Below, piece after piece: positions 36,118-45,580 of a stretch of DNA of 64,000 bases. The DNA comes from Verrucomicrobiota bacterium. GTDB taxonomy: Bacteria; Verrucomicrobiota; Verrucomicrobiia; Limisphaerales; UBA8199. The position numbers were made by a program, and so were the translations under genes. The first letter of the stretch is position 1, and each line of letters starts with the position of its first letter. The DNA is taken from assembly GCA_003176045.1 (NCBI GenBank), contig PSRM01000068.1:60084-124083 (forward strand). Direction: 5' to 3'. The notes below the pieces were generated by a model. The model ran no database searches, was not told the DNA's origin, and worked only from the letters and a program-made list of their open reading frames with translations.

Positions 36118-37985
36118 GATGTTGCCTCCCCGTTTTCCGACCTTGTCCCAGGTCCTCTGTTGAATGACCGTCTGTTCAGCCGTTTATCCCACGCCCAAAA
36201 ATCGAAAACCATCCCGCCCGCTCGATTTCGACAGAACTCAGCAAAATCAGACAAACGACTCTCATCGCTGTCAAACAGGGCCAGGCGTTCGGCTGACATG
36301 AGGAAAGGCTTCATGGATTCTCGCAATTTTTGGCGGTGTTTGAGATAAGCGTCATAAACGGCCGGATTCGTTTGCTGTAGCTCGTTCTCTGCTATCCGCA
36401 GGTAATTGAGGTATTCGGGCGTAAACGCCTTCTGATGAGCATCCCTCGCCTCGCCAAGGGCCTTCCGCGCGCGGGCCGCGCCTTCTGTTTGCAGCAATCG
36501 AAGAAACTTATCGCCGAAGAGAACCAAGGTGAATGAAAGGTTCGGCCTGGCTTTCGGGTCTCCGTAGTGTCTCTCGCGCATCATGAGACCGAAACGTCTG
36601 CCCCATTCGGGCACCAGTGATTCGTTTCTTTCTTGAGCCAAAAGTCGCGCAACAAATTTTGTGGCGAGCTCGATTTCCCTCTCGAACGGTTCGGTGCCTG
36701 CTTCTCCCGAAAGGCCATGATAGCCGGCGTAGTAATGGCTGGCGAAATGCCTTCCCAGCTCAAAAGCGGGGTCGTTAGCTGCGTTATGCTCCGCAGCCTG
36801 TGGTTTTGGCCAATCCCCCTCAATCGCCCGGCGCAGCATGCCCAAGCGGCTTTTTTTGACGTTCCGCTGCGGAAGCCATTGGACTTGGCGCTCGATAACC
36901 TGCCAGGGGCTACTCCCAGCCAATCGCTTTGCCGTAGCCTCATCGAACCCAGCCTTTCTGAGCAAGTTCAAAGCCGAAAGAGCCGCCGCAACATCTGCTG
37001 CTGTTGGTATATTTTTATGTTCTTTTTTAATTCTTATGCCGTTCGCCATTTTTGACTCCTCCCCGTTTCCCTTTTCCGACCGGCTCCATTCACCTTTTTT
37101 GACTGCCGCCCCGTCCACCTTTTTTGACCGGTCTAGTATCCGTTCACCTTTTCTGACTGGATTGGGATCACTTTGACCAGGGGCGTTTTCATCCGAATGC
37201 TGCGATGCCGCCCACCGGATACAGTACGTGGTAGGACAGCTTTTTCTTCCTGCTGCTGGGTCAAAGCGGCCAGCTTCTTTCTGCTCAATGTAACCGGCCC
37301 TCAAAGCGAAGCTCACCGCAGAATGGACGTGCTGCCGCGACATATTGGTTAGCCTACTCAGCTCGGTTATGGACTTGCTGACAGCTACCGCGCGTTCCCC
37401 CTCTTCAGTCCATTGGATTGAGTAAAAAAGCAGAGCGCCAACGACGCGGATGACAGACAGCCGTTCTCGTGGGAGCAGGATATCGAAGAAACAATTGGGA
37501 ATGTTCTTGCGCGCCGTCTTAGCCAGAATAACTGTCCCCGCACCCTTTCCCTCCTCTTCCAAAGCTGCCGGCCCGTTGTGAAATCCTTGGAACTGTTTGG
37601 GATTATGGCAGCATTTTTCGCTGTGTTGCCAACACAACTCGTACACTCCGCCTCGGCCCGCTTGACCTTTTCGGGCAGGGCAGGGTTCTTCCACACAACG
37701 CAAGCAGTGGTTCTGCATCGCTTCGCGAAGCGCTTGCGCGATCGACTCGCGCGAGACCCCAGCCTCTTCAATCAGTTCCTTGTATGTGAACCGCAACTGC
37801 CCGCGAACTGCATCGCCTCGCTTATCCGCGTAGCCCAGGACTTTGCGTAGAGCATAGCCCACTATCCGGACAGCGCCTCGCGAACGGTGGGGGATGATGA
37901 CCGTGAAATACTGAATGGGCACGAAGGTGACGTTTGAATTGAATTCCGGAAAGCCGGCGATGGTCGATTTAACTTTCCTGGGCAC
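36114..37985 (-). CDS. 623-aa protein with two predicted winged-helix motifs; possible replication initiator or regulator
   Basis: FTYKELIEEAGVSRESIAQALREA and ITELSRLTNMSRQHVHSAVSFALRAGYIEQ. It heads the parAB operon (GTGA overlap). The function is inferred only. Confidence 0.45.
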   Translation of the reverse strand: MPRKVKSTIAGFPEFNSNVTFVPIQYFTVIIPHRSRGAVRIVGYALRKVLGYADKRGDAVRGQLRFTYKELIEEAGVSRESIAQALREAMQNHCLRCVEEPCPARKGQAGRGGVYELCWQHSEKCCHNPKQFQGFHNGPAALEEEGKGAGTVILAKTARKNIPNCFFDILLPRERLSVIRVVGALLFYSIQWTEEGERAVAVSKSITELSRLTNMSRQHVHSAVSFALRAGYIEQKEAGRFDPAAGRKSCPTTYCIRWAASQHSDENAPGQSDPNPVRKGERILDRSKKVDGAAVKKGEWSRSEKGNGEESKMANGIRIKKEHKNIPTAADVAAALSALNLLRKAGFDEATAKRLAGSSPWQVIERQVQWLPQRNVKKSRLGMLRRAIEGDWPKPQAAEHNAANDPAFELGRHFASHYYAGYHGLSGEAGTEPFEREIELATKFVARLLAQERNESLVPEWGRRFGLMMRERHYGDPKARPNLSFTLVLFGDKFLRLLQTEGAARARKALGEARDAHQKAFTPEYLNYLRIAENELQQTNPAVYDAYLKHRQKLRESMKPFLMSAERLALFDSDESRLSDFAEFCRNRAGGMVFDFWAWDKRLNRRSFNRGPGTRSENGEATS

Positions 37986-37991
37986 TGTTCA

Positions 37992-38204
37992 TTACTCCTG
38001 CGCCGCCGAGGCCGAAGATTCTGACGGCGGCGCACTCGGTTTCAATGGACGGCCATGCCGTGCGGCGTGTTCCCGCACAATCTGATTGATGCAAAAACTC
38101 CGGTTGCGGTCATCTCTTTCTGCCAACTCCTGCAAATACTCGAGGACGACCAATTCCAATGTGACACCCGTTGATCTCGTGAAACGCCGGCGTCGTGTGC
38201 TCAT
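37992..38204 (-). CDS. Ribbon-helix-helix (CopG/Arc-like) DNA-binding protein
   Basis: Trimmed to MSTRRRRFTRSTGVTLELVVLEYLQELAERDD (GGAGGG upstream). The beta-strand/helix pattern matches the RHH fold. Confidence 0.6.
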   Translation of the reverse strand: MSTRRRRFTRSTGVTLELVVLEYLQELAERDDRNRSFCINQIVREHAARHGRPLKPSAPPSESSASAAQE

Positions 38205-39394
38205 GCTTCTGTCCCTCCGTGAGACGGTCGTAACACACCATGCCCTGTCATCACAAGGCACCTCGCAATGCCGTTCGGTTTCATAACAGATCTCGATTCT
38301 CGATTTGTCATCCGCAGCCCGTGAAGAATCGGTTGCAACAAAATTCGTGCATCTCGGTTTACCCAAATCGAAACCGTGTTAGAACTTCACGCAATGGGAG
38401 GTTCTTGATCCCAGCAACGTCAATGTGCGTGCCAAACGCGTTCTCGACGTTCTTTGAGATGGGCTTGAGCGCCCGCAAAACCGGACTTACCATCCGGCGA
38501 AGGGGACGGATTTACCACCCGTCATGCTCATGTCCCGTAGAGCGTGGTGCCACGAGAGTGGCCCGCCACGTTCGAGAGAGGCTTCTGGAAGTAATCTTTG
38601 GCTACCAACCAAAAGTAATCTCCAGATTCTATCTCATGCAATCGAAGTGAAGTTCGCGCGTGCGAATGCGGGCGAGCGGGACATGCTTCGTCGTGAAATT
38701 CGGCGGAGTTGTCAGATTCAAATGGGTGAGCAGTGATTGAGAGGCGCTGCAAATCCTTCGGCGGGATTCGGACCACAATCACGCATCGCGTGATCAATCG
38801 GGTGTAAAGCTCGGCAGGTTCGTTTAACGCACGCTGGCGTCGGGAGCCTCCCGGTGGTGACATCGAGGAGCCGAAAGCGACAACTTTCGGGGTTCTGCTC
38901 AAAGCGCAGACCGTGAAAAGCTCAACGACGAGAGGGGCGGAAGCCCTTGCCAGTAAGCAACAGCAGAGACGGAGCCGAATCGGGAAAAACCTGCACAGGA
39001 TGGATAAATCGCCGCTTCTGTATTCGAGCGATTGAAAACAGTGTGTGGTGGCACACTGGCGACTATGGCAAGGCGGGAGTCTTGCGCATACCTGGCAGGT
39101 CTGGACGATAAATACGTCCTTACCAACGTGACTGCTGTAGCGAAGAGTCTGAATAACCGTGCAAGGAGTTTTGGCTTCCGGAGTGGTATCCGGTGCCGGT
39201 TTCGTCAACCGGTGGTTCAAACGCCAACTCTGATGAGAGTGTCTCCAGTAGGAATGCGCCCCCGCTCGCAAGAGCAAAGGTGCAACGCAACTTCAGCAAG
39301 GCAGTTGAAGCGGCGTGTGCGTGCAACGGGTGGTACCGGGCACATTTGCACACACGAAAGAGACGACGGGATATACCTATCTCAAAGAGGTCGT

Positions 39395-39425
39395 GGGCAG
39401 GTGGAGTTCAAACCTTCACCTGCCC
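39395..39425. other. Strong 12-bp hairpin in an ORF-poor region
   Basis: GGGCAGGTGGAG-TTCAAAC-CTTCACCTGCCC, with one G-T wobble. Confidence 0.5.
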
Positions 39426-39828
39426 ATTTCCGTGGAAGAGAACTGCGTTCAAGCCGGCGCAACCTGGGGACAGGCAGCGCTCGTTTGAAGGCAGCAGCCG
39501 TATTGGAGTGATTGCGATGACAAGCTGAATCAAAGAGGTTTTATTGCAGGCAACCGCTATTGATTGCGCAACTGCAATACAAGGAATACAGCGCGCGCCG
39601 GCGTCAACCCAAAAGACGAAAACGACGGCGCCGTCTGTGCATCGAATGAAGTTAGGTTTTTGTGAGCCAGACCATTAGGCATCCATGAGGTTTGCCACGC
39701 GAGGTTGCTCGGCTTGTAGCCGCTACTTGCAGCATGGCATTGAGGATTTTGGGCTTTCGGAGGGTTTGCGCCCAAAAAAATGCAACCTCCACTTTTGACG
39801 CCGCCATAACATCGGTTGGGAGACTAAA

Positions 39829-40461
39829 ATGACCTACCGATGTGTGGCGGCATCAGTTGCTGGGTTCGTGCAACAAGTGGCCGTGGGCTACATCGCCCAC
39901 GGTTACTATTTTTACGTGGCGGGTCGGATTCCGAATGGGAAAGAACCGTCCAAAACTGACTCAAAGATCATCGCCCAATACGGCATTGATGTCGCCAAAT
40001 GGACGAGGTCACGGCGTAAGCGAGCGGGCCAGGCTAATGTCCAATATCTGCGTTACGACCAATTCTACGTAATACTCGCGACTCACGGTGAACACGCGTT
40101 CTTCGTAGAGGAAGGGGACCGCATAAGGGATATACGCCAGCATCCGCTCCGATTCTTTGATTATTCGATTGGATGCCGAAAGTCCCGTCGAGGAGGTGAA
40201 CTGCACCCTTCGGTCCGGATTTCCCGGAAAGCTTTTCGCCAGTTGAAAACTCGGTTTGAGAAATCAGCGGTCAGTTCCACTTCTGACGAGCTATGGCAAG
40301 CACTGCGAAACATGCCGTTCGAACCTTACGCTCCGGTCCGCGATCAGTTCAGGATCCTCCTGCGGGCAGTGAATCGGATGCGAAAAACGGCGGGGCTGGA
40401 GTTAGTCCCTTGGACCGCTTGCCGCTTGCGCCGGTGTCCGGTAAAACCCTTCTCAGGTTGA
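39829..40461 (+). CDS. 210-aa hypothetical protein, paralogue of 46618..47208
   Basis: GGGAGA SD-like sequence upstream. Shared blocks are listed here with the 46618 copy in brackets: YFYVAG (FFYIAG), IRDIRQHPLRF..YSI (ARDMRQHPLHCMGYTI), RKTAGLELVPW (REAAGLPLVPR). Confidence 0.6.
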   Translation: MTYRCVAASVAGFVQQVAVGYIAHGYYFYVAGRIPNGKEPSKTDSKIIAQYGIDVAKWTRSRRKRAGQANVQYLRYDQFYVILATHGEHAFFVEEGDRIRDIRQHPLRFFDYSIGCRKSRRGGELHPSVRISRKAFRQLKTRFEKSAVSSTSDELWQALRNMPFEPYAPVRDQFRILLRAVNRMRKTAGLELVPWTACRLRRCPVKPFSG

Positions 40462-40611
40462 CGCCGCGACCAAGCAGACTATCGCAGCCGGCTCCAGGGC
40501 TCCCGTTGTGGCGGTGGTCAAGAGCCCCTCGCCGGTCGGCGATGCGTCTCGCCACTCGATCATCAACCAGAAGTTGTGTGGATTTTGGTGCCGCCACGAG
40601 CGCCTGGTTAT

Positions 40612-42408
40612 TCATAGGCTCGCTATAACGGTCTCCTTACCGAGGGCAGCGAGGCGTGCCTCCACCGCAGCCAGGTCAACCTGAATCCCCTTCGTAACAG
40701 CCCCGCGAGGCGGGTCGTCCACAAGCTGTGCAACCCTCGCGCCAAGCCGGGACACCTCTGCAAGCAATGCCGCGACCTGCATATCGTGCCGATCAACCGC
40801 CGAGTGGCTCTCGTAAACCCACTCATTTTCCAACAAATCGAACCACCCGGATACCGCTTCGGGAAGTTCAACGCGCGCCACGGACCTGTCGGTACCCCGT
40901 CGCTCCCCGCCTCTCGCCACAATTGCTCGTCTGAGTGCCGCGCGAGAATCGTTCTCGCCGTGAACCAGAAACACGCGCTTCAAGGGCCTGTACGGGTGAC
41001 TACTGTTCTTCCGCATAAGGAAATCCAGCAACCCGTTCCGGTCCGCGTGACCCGAGAAATAGTCGGAAAAATCTACGATCCGTGCCTGCACCTGGCCGTT
41101 AGATAGCGCCCAAAAGGCCGGATCTATCACCGCGGCCGCGTTAACTGCCCGCCGCTTCAGTTCGGCCCCAGGCGTTCCGGCCCCTTGGTATCCCGTAAGT
41201 ACCACAATCGTCCTTTCCGATGGCAATAGATTCTTCAGGTGTTCCGTAACCCGTCCGCCGTTACACATGCCGGCGCCAGCTATCACAATCCTAATGGCTG
41301 CATTCGTTCTTGAACCGTCAATGGTGTATGATAGTGAATAGTTTCTGCCTTGCTTGCTCCCGCCTGGAGGACAAAACAAAGTCGTGAGCAACGCGCCCGC
41401 CTCCTCCTCGGTCCCGGGGATCCTGCTTTGCAGCGCCGCGTTGCGATAGAAAGGCCTTCCATTTGGACGCGACCGAACCAACTGCTTCGCGTATACGGCT
41501 CCATACTTTCTTGCGAGCGGCGAATCCACCAGAATTTCGGCCACAAGCCGCGCCTCGGAGCCGGCACTTGGGAACCACGTCTGCCGCTCATCAGGAGTAA
41601 GCGCTACGTCCAACAGGTAATGCAAATCCATGACCAACTCTTGCATCCGCTGCAGGGTAAAGCAGGGGAACACAACAGTTGCTCCCACTCCGAGTTTGGC
41701 CGCCTGGCCCAACAGTCCCTTTAGGGCACTAATGCGACTCCAGAAGTCCATATATTTCTGGTCGCGATCGCGACCGCCGTACGTTGCCTCGCAGACGATA
41801 TACTCTGCATGAGTGGACGGGTACTGCCGCCCATTCAAAAGGGCCTGGTAAGGATTTTCATCAGTGTTGCATCCGATGTCTCCTGAGAACACGATCGTTC
41901 GACGCTCACTCGGCAAAGCTACGCTCCAGTCCGAGAACTGGAACTCGAAACCGACTGAACCCAAGATGTGCGAGCTCCTGATGAAAGCGCACGTCAGGTC
42001 CTTCTGGATCGGGAAGAATCTTCCAAACTCAAAACGGGGATGCTCATCCGGGCACGCAAACTCTAACCGGTTCACATCTGCTACCGAAAAACCGCAAGTG
42101 CCCAGTTCTGCCACATCCGTCAGCGCATGTCGTGTTAAGTCCGCGGTTGCGCGCGTGCAATATATTCTGCCTAGGAAACCCTCTTTCACGAGCTGGGGGA
42201 GCAAACCACAATGATCCAAGTGCGCATGAGTCAAAAAGACGGCACTTACTCCGCTTGGCTTGAAGGCGAACGCAGACTCACCAGCCTGCCGGGCTGCCTG
42301 TGAACCCTGAACCGCTCCGCAGTCCACTAGGTAATAGCAGCAGCCGTGATTCAGCAATATGCACGATCCCGTCACGCTCCCTAGAGCGCCAATAAATCGC
42401 ATTTTCAT
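40612..42408 (-). CDS. MBL-fold beta-CASP family nuclease (RNase J/CPSF73/SNM1-like) with a C-terminal extension
   Basis: FLTHAHLDHCGLLP (HxHxDH), a later GDIG motif, C-terminal YFSGHAD and FLVHGE. AAGGAG lies 6 nt upstream. Confidence 0.8.
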   Translation of the reverse strand: MKMRFIGALGSVTGSCILLNHGCCYYLVDCGAVQGSQAARQAGESAFAFKPSGVSAVFLTHAHLDHCGLLPQLVKEGFLGRIYCTRATADLTRHALTDVAELGTCGFSVADVNRLEFACPDEHPRFEFGRFFPIQKDLTCAFIRSSHILGSVGFEFQFSDWSVALPSERRTIVFSGDIGCNTDENPYQALLNGRQYPSTHAEYIVCEATYGGRDRDQKYMDFWSRISALKGLLGQAAKLGVGATVVFPCFTLQRMQELVMDLHYLLDVALTPDERQTWFPSAGSEARLVAEILVDSPLARKYGAVYAKQLVRSRPNGRPFYRNAALQSRIPGTEEEAGALLTTLFCPPGGSKQGRNYSLSYTIDGSRTNAAIRIVIAGAGMCNGGRVTEHLKNLLPSERTIVVLTGYQGAGTPGAELKRRAVNAAAVIDPAFWALSNGQVQARIVDFSDYFSGHADRNGLLDFLMRKNSSHPYRPLKRVFLVHGENDSRAALRRAIVARGGERRGTDRSVARVELPEAVSGWFDLLENEWVYESHSAVDRHDMQVAALLAEVSRLGARVAQLVDDPPRGAVTKGIQVDLAAVEARLAALGKETVIASL

Positions 42409-42420
42409 GACGCTCTCCTT

Positions 42421-44289
42421 TCATTGGTTAGCTGGGGCACTCGCTTGCTGGCCGAGATAGCACAACCTGAATCCGATTTTTTTGCCTTTGTATCGCCCAG
42501 TACTGCTTGGGGAAAATGGATGCGCCGACGGTGTGCGAATTGGATTGCAGAGCCCAGTCAGATAAAGCGTATTGACGGCGGCGCCCGGCTTATCGTTTAG
42601 CCACTCGCCAAAATGATTAGACACGAGAAACGCAAGCCCCTGCGGCGAATGCTTCCAGACAAGAGCCTGCGGGAGGAAGCGATACCTCATCGTGAAGATT
42701 CCCTCACCGGGACCCTGACTCTCTTCGCTTCTCATGGCCTTGAAATCGTCCGGGCCAAGCGGGCGCAGATTGTTGAATGGAAAAATCGAACCATCCGCCC
42801 GCAAGAATTGGCATAACCTGTCGTGCTCGACACTGTAAAAATAAGGATTCTTGGAAGCATCAGGCGGCTGAATCACCGCGCGAGCAATTGAATCGTATTC
42901 ACATTCAGTCAAGAGCCGCACCGGAAGTTTCTTTGTCTTGCTGGCCCAGGCTGCGTAAGCATTTGCGTCGTACCAAGTCGCCGCCGCCGGAAGAGAGCGG
43001 TCTTCGTCCGAATTAACGGTCGTCCAGTCATCTGAATCCTGAGGCCTCCGGCTATACCTCGCATAATCGGCGTTCTCCTGCATGAAAGCAGCGAATTCCG
43101 CGATTGTGACCAGGTTCGATACGTATAGCAGAGCTCCACCGACGTCGTAAGGAATGTAACCGTTCATCGGGCCGGACTCAGCTCGCGGAGCCTTATACTT
43201 TCCAGTTCCAAGCAAATAATTCCTCAAGATGATATCCGTCCCCGGATAATTTTTTGCGTCTCCCAGATTGGTATAGTAGTAGATCTCCGAGTGGTGCCGA
43301 TCTTCCTCCAGCCAGCCGCCATACTCAAAGTACAACCATCGCCTGAAGTGATAAGTGTCGTTTGACTTTGGCACATCACTGTTGCGCAGGTGAGGCGCAA
43401 AAGGGTTATGATCGAAGGGCTCATCTCGCAAACCCGGAAAGACGAAGTCGTACGCCCCGTCCCTCCCCTTGAGGAAGACTAAACACTTGTTGTAAGGCAC
43501 AACGTCCACCCACCCCTTCCCGAGCCTTTCGATCCACATCCGAAAAATCCTCGCCACCTCTCGCATTCTTTTCTCGTCCTTTTGGAACATGTCGGCGGGC
43601 TGAAGTTTGGTCTTGTACATGCAGGGAACGAATTTCAATGCGTACTCAGCGCCCTCGAAAGCCAGGAGCTGATCACCAAGCAGATTTCCGCATCCAAAAC
43701 GGATGGAGTAATCACATGCAGCCACTGCGGCGTCCAGCAGTTGTCGGCCCGATTCCGAAGACTCTCCGCCGGCCGCGGCAACCTCCTTCATCACGCTCTC
43801 AAAAGGCAGGCTAAACTCGACATCATAATCAGGGTGCTCACGCCACGGGTTCTTGTGGAAATACCGATTATTGAGCTCGAACCAATCAACGTCGTAGCCG
43901 GTAAATATCCGGCGAGGAAACAGTCCGCCCGGCAAAAAGATCCTGTCGGCCACTTCTCTCGGTTTGAGCGAGACCATGTCAAACCCAGGATCGGTCCTGT
44001 TAATCAAGTCCTTGCGGAAATTGAGCCCATTCCTTTCCATGAAGGGCACCAAACGATGTTCGTATTCCTGCCTATATCCGGCAAAGCCTCCGTTGAATCC
44101 AAGTCTCTTGGAAATATGGTTCAGGGCGGTTGTCTGCTTTAAGGTCTCTCTGTCCTGGTAATCTGTCCGCGTAAGCTTTGCAGCCCGCTTTATTGCATCG
44201 GGGGTGACATCACTCAGCGGAGCAATGTGGAAGTTGTCGAAGGGGATATAGCGAGCAGGCGTGACTGCAACAGTGCGATTGCTATGCAT
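42421..44289 (-). CDS. 622-aa protein with a C-terminal FGE-sulfatase (SUMF1-like) domain and an unknown N-terminal 400 aa
   Basis: ATWYDANAYAAWASKTKKLPVRLLTECEYD, NHFGEWLND, and a terminal KIGFRLCY, matching the formylglycine-generating-enzyme fold pattern. Confidence 0.7.
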   Translation of the reverse strand: MHSNRTVAVTPARYIPFDNFHIAPLSDVTPDAIKRAAKLTRTDYQDRETLKQTTALNHISKRLGFNGGFAGYRQEYEHRLVPFMERNGLNFRKDLINRTDPGFDMVSLKPREVADRIFLPGGLFPRRIFTGYDVDWFELNNRYFHKNPWREHPDYDVEFSLPFESVMKEVAAAGGESSESGRQLLDAAVAACDYSIRFGCGNLLGDQLLAFEGAEYALKFVPCMYKTKLQPADMFQKDEKRMREVARIFRMWIERLGKGWVDVVPYNKCLVFLKGRDGAYDFVFPGLRDEPFDHNPFAPHLRNSDVPKSNDTYHFRRWLYFEYGGWLEEDRHHSEIYYYTNLGDAKNYPGTDIILRNYLLGTGKYKAPRAESGPMNGYIPYDVGGALLYVSNLVTIAEFAAFMQENADYARYSRRPQDSDDWTTVNSDEDRSLPAAATWYDANAYAAWASKTKKLPVRLLTECEYDSIARAVIQPPDASKNPYFYSVEHDRLCQFLRADGSIFPFNNLRPLGPDDFKAMRSEESQGPGEGIFTMRYRFLPQALVWKHSPQGLAFLVSNHFGEWLNDKPGAAVNTLYLTGLCNPIRTPSAHPFSPSSTGRYKGKKIGFRLCYLGQQASAPANQ

Positions 44290-44474
44290 ATGATCTTTAA
44301 GTTCTTAACGGCCATTATGCCCTCCGTGATGGTTTCAGAACTTGAAGAACAAACTATGCAATCTGCTTAACTGCGAACTGTCTTAACGATTTGTTTGCAC
44401 CCCGGAGGGCATCATTTGCAACCGCTGGCCGTTAACCACCGCCGAAAGTTTCGCACAGGCTCAGGGATTTGCAA

Positions 44475-44504
44475 GTGCATTCCGGACCGGTGCATTCCGG
44501 ACCG
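44475..44504. repeat. Perfect tandem duplication of the 15-mer GTGCATTCCGGACCG
   Basis: Read directly: units at 44475-44489 and 44490-44504, between the RadC stop and the FGE-domain gene start. Confidence 0.8.
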
Positions 44505-44543
44505 GGGATCGGGTCGGTTTCTTGTATCAACTCGGCACAGGCC

Positions 44544-45164
44544 CTAATAAAAATAACCGAGCTCTCTTAAGCTGACCCAATCTCTTGCCTGCGCGTCAGT
44601 TCTCCGGCCCAGGATGACATGATCGAGCACCTCGATGTGGAGCAGTTGACCCGCTCTGATCAAATCGCGGGTGACTTTGATGTCTGCCTCGCTTGGAGTC
44701 GGATCGCCACTGGGGTGGTTGTGCGCCAGGATGATCGCTGCGGCTCGGCGACTGATTGCCCCAAGAAATACCTCGCGCGGTTGTACCAGAATTGTATCAA
44801 GGGTTCCTTGCGAAATTGTCTCCATGGCGATCAATCGTCTGCGAGTGTTCAGATACACCACCTGAAAATTCTCGACTGTGAGCAGGCGATTCGGCTCCCG
44901 CAATAAATCGGCGATCCGATCGGGCGTGTCTAGCAGGGGAGCCTCGCCGTAGGTTTCGCGGCTCAAACGTTGCGCAAGCAGAAATGCCGATTTTATCGCC
45001 GCAGCCTTTGATTTTCCGATGCCTTTGACGGCCTGCAGATCATCAAATGAGGCCTGGGCCAGATTTGTGAGTCCCCCATATTTTTCCATTAAAGCGTCCG
45101 CGGCGGGCTCACCGGCGAGAGTGGAGAGCAAGTCTTTGTTGTTGGCGTGTTCAAAAGGTTCCAT
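44544..45164 (-). CDS. radC: RadC-like JAB/MPN domain protein
   Basis: HhH-like N-terminus (LQAVKGIGKSKAAAI) and the JAMM motif ILAHNHPSGDPTPSEADIKVT. Confidence 0.9.
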   Translation of the reverse strand: MEPFEHANNKDLLSTLAGEPAADALMEKYGGLTNLAQASFDDLQAVKGIGKSKAAAIKSAFLLAQRLSRETYGEAPLLDTPDRIADLLREPNRLLTVENFQVVYLNTRRRLIAMETISQGTLDTILVQPREVFLGAISRRAAAIILAHNHPSGDPTPSEADIKVTRDLIRAGQLLHIEVLDHVILGRRTDAQARDWVSLRELGYFY

Positions 45165-45580
45165 TGGTTCCTCCCGTGAACGCGGACTCTAACACCGTTT
45201 CCGTTGGCAGGGAATGCCCGGAAGCCTGACATCATCTTGTCAAAAATTGCGAATCAGAACGGGGACTTAACCGAGACTCACGCTCTCGTGATCAGCCCAA
45301 GACCCCGGAGTGCCCCAACCCGTTGACTTGGAGACAGTGTTTGCGGCATTAATGTCATTGGGTAGAAGGAGGGTTTTCTGTCGCGTTTTCTGCGGCTGGT
45401 TATGAGTCGAATGCAACGCCTTTCCTAATTTCAATTTCCCTTCGCAACCGCTCGTCCTTGAACGGCGGATTGTGAATGGAAGCTTCGATCAAGAGCTAAA
45501 GTGTGCCGCTATGCGCTTGGTCGGGACAAAAACAAAGCAAGCCGAGTAAAACCGGACTGCGGCACTGGAAAGAGCAATGC

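Noticed and set aside
38528-39277. 249-aa minus-strand ORF in the ORF-poor region
   Set aside because: The N-terminal two thirds are Cys/Arg/Leu-rich with no protein-like pattern. Only the last ~111 codons (from 38863) look plausible, with no motif I can name. I left it uncalled.
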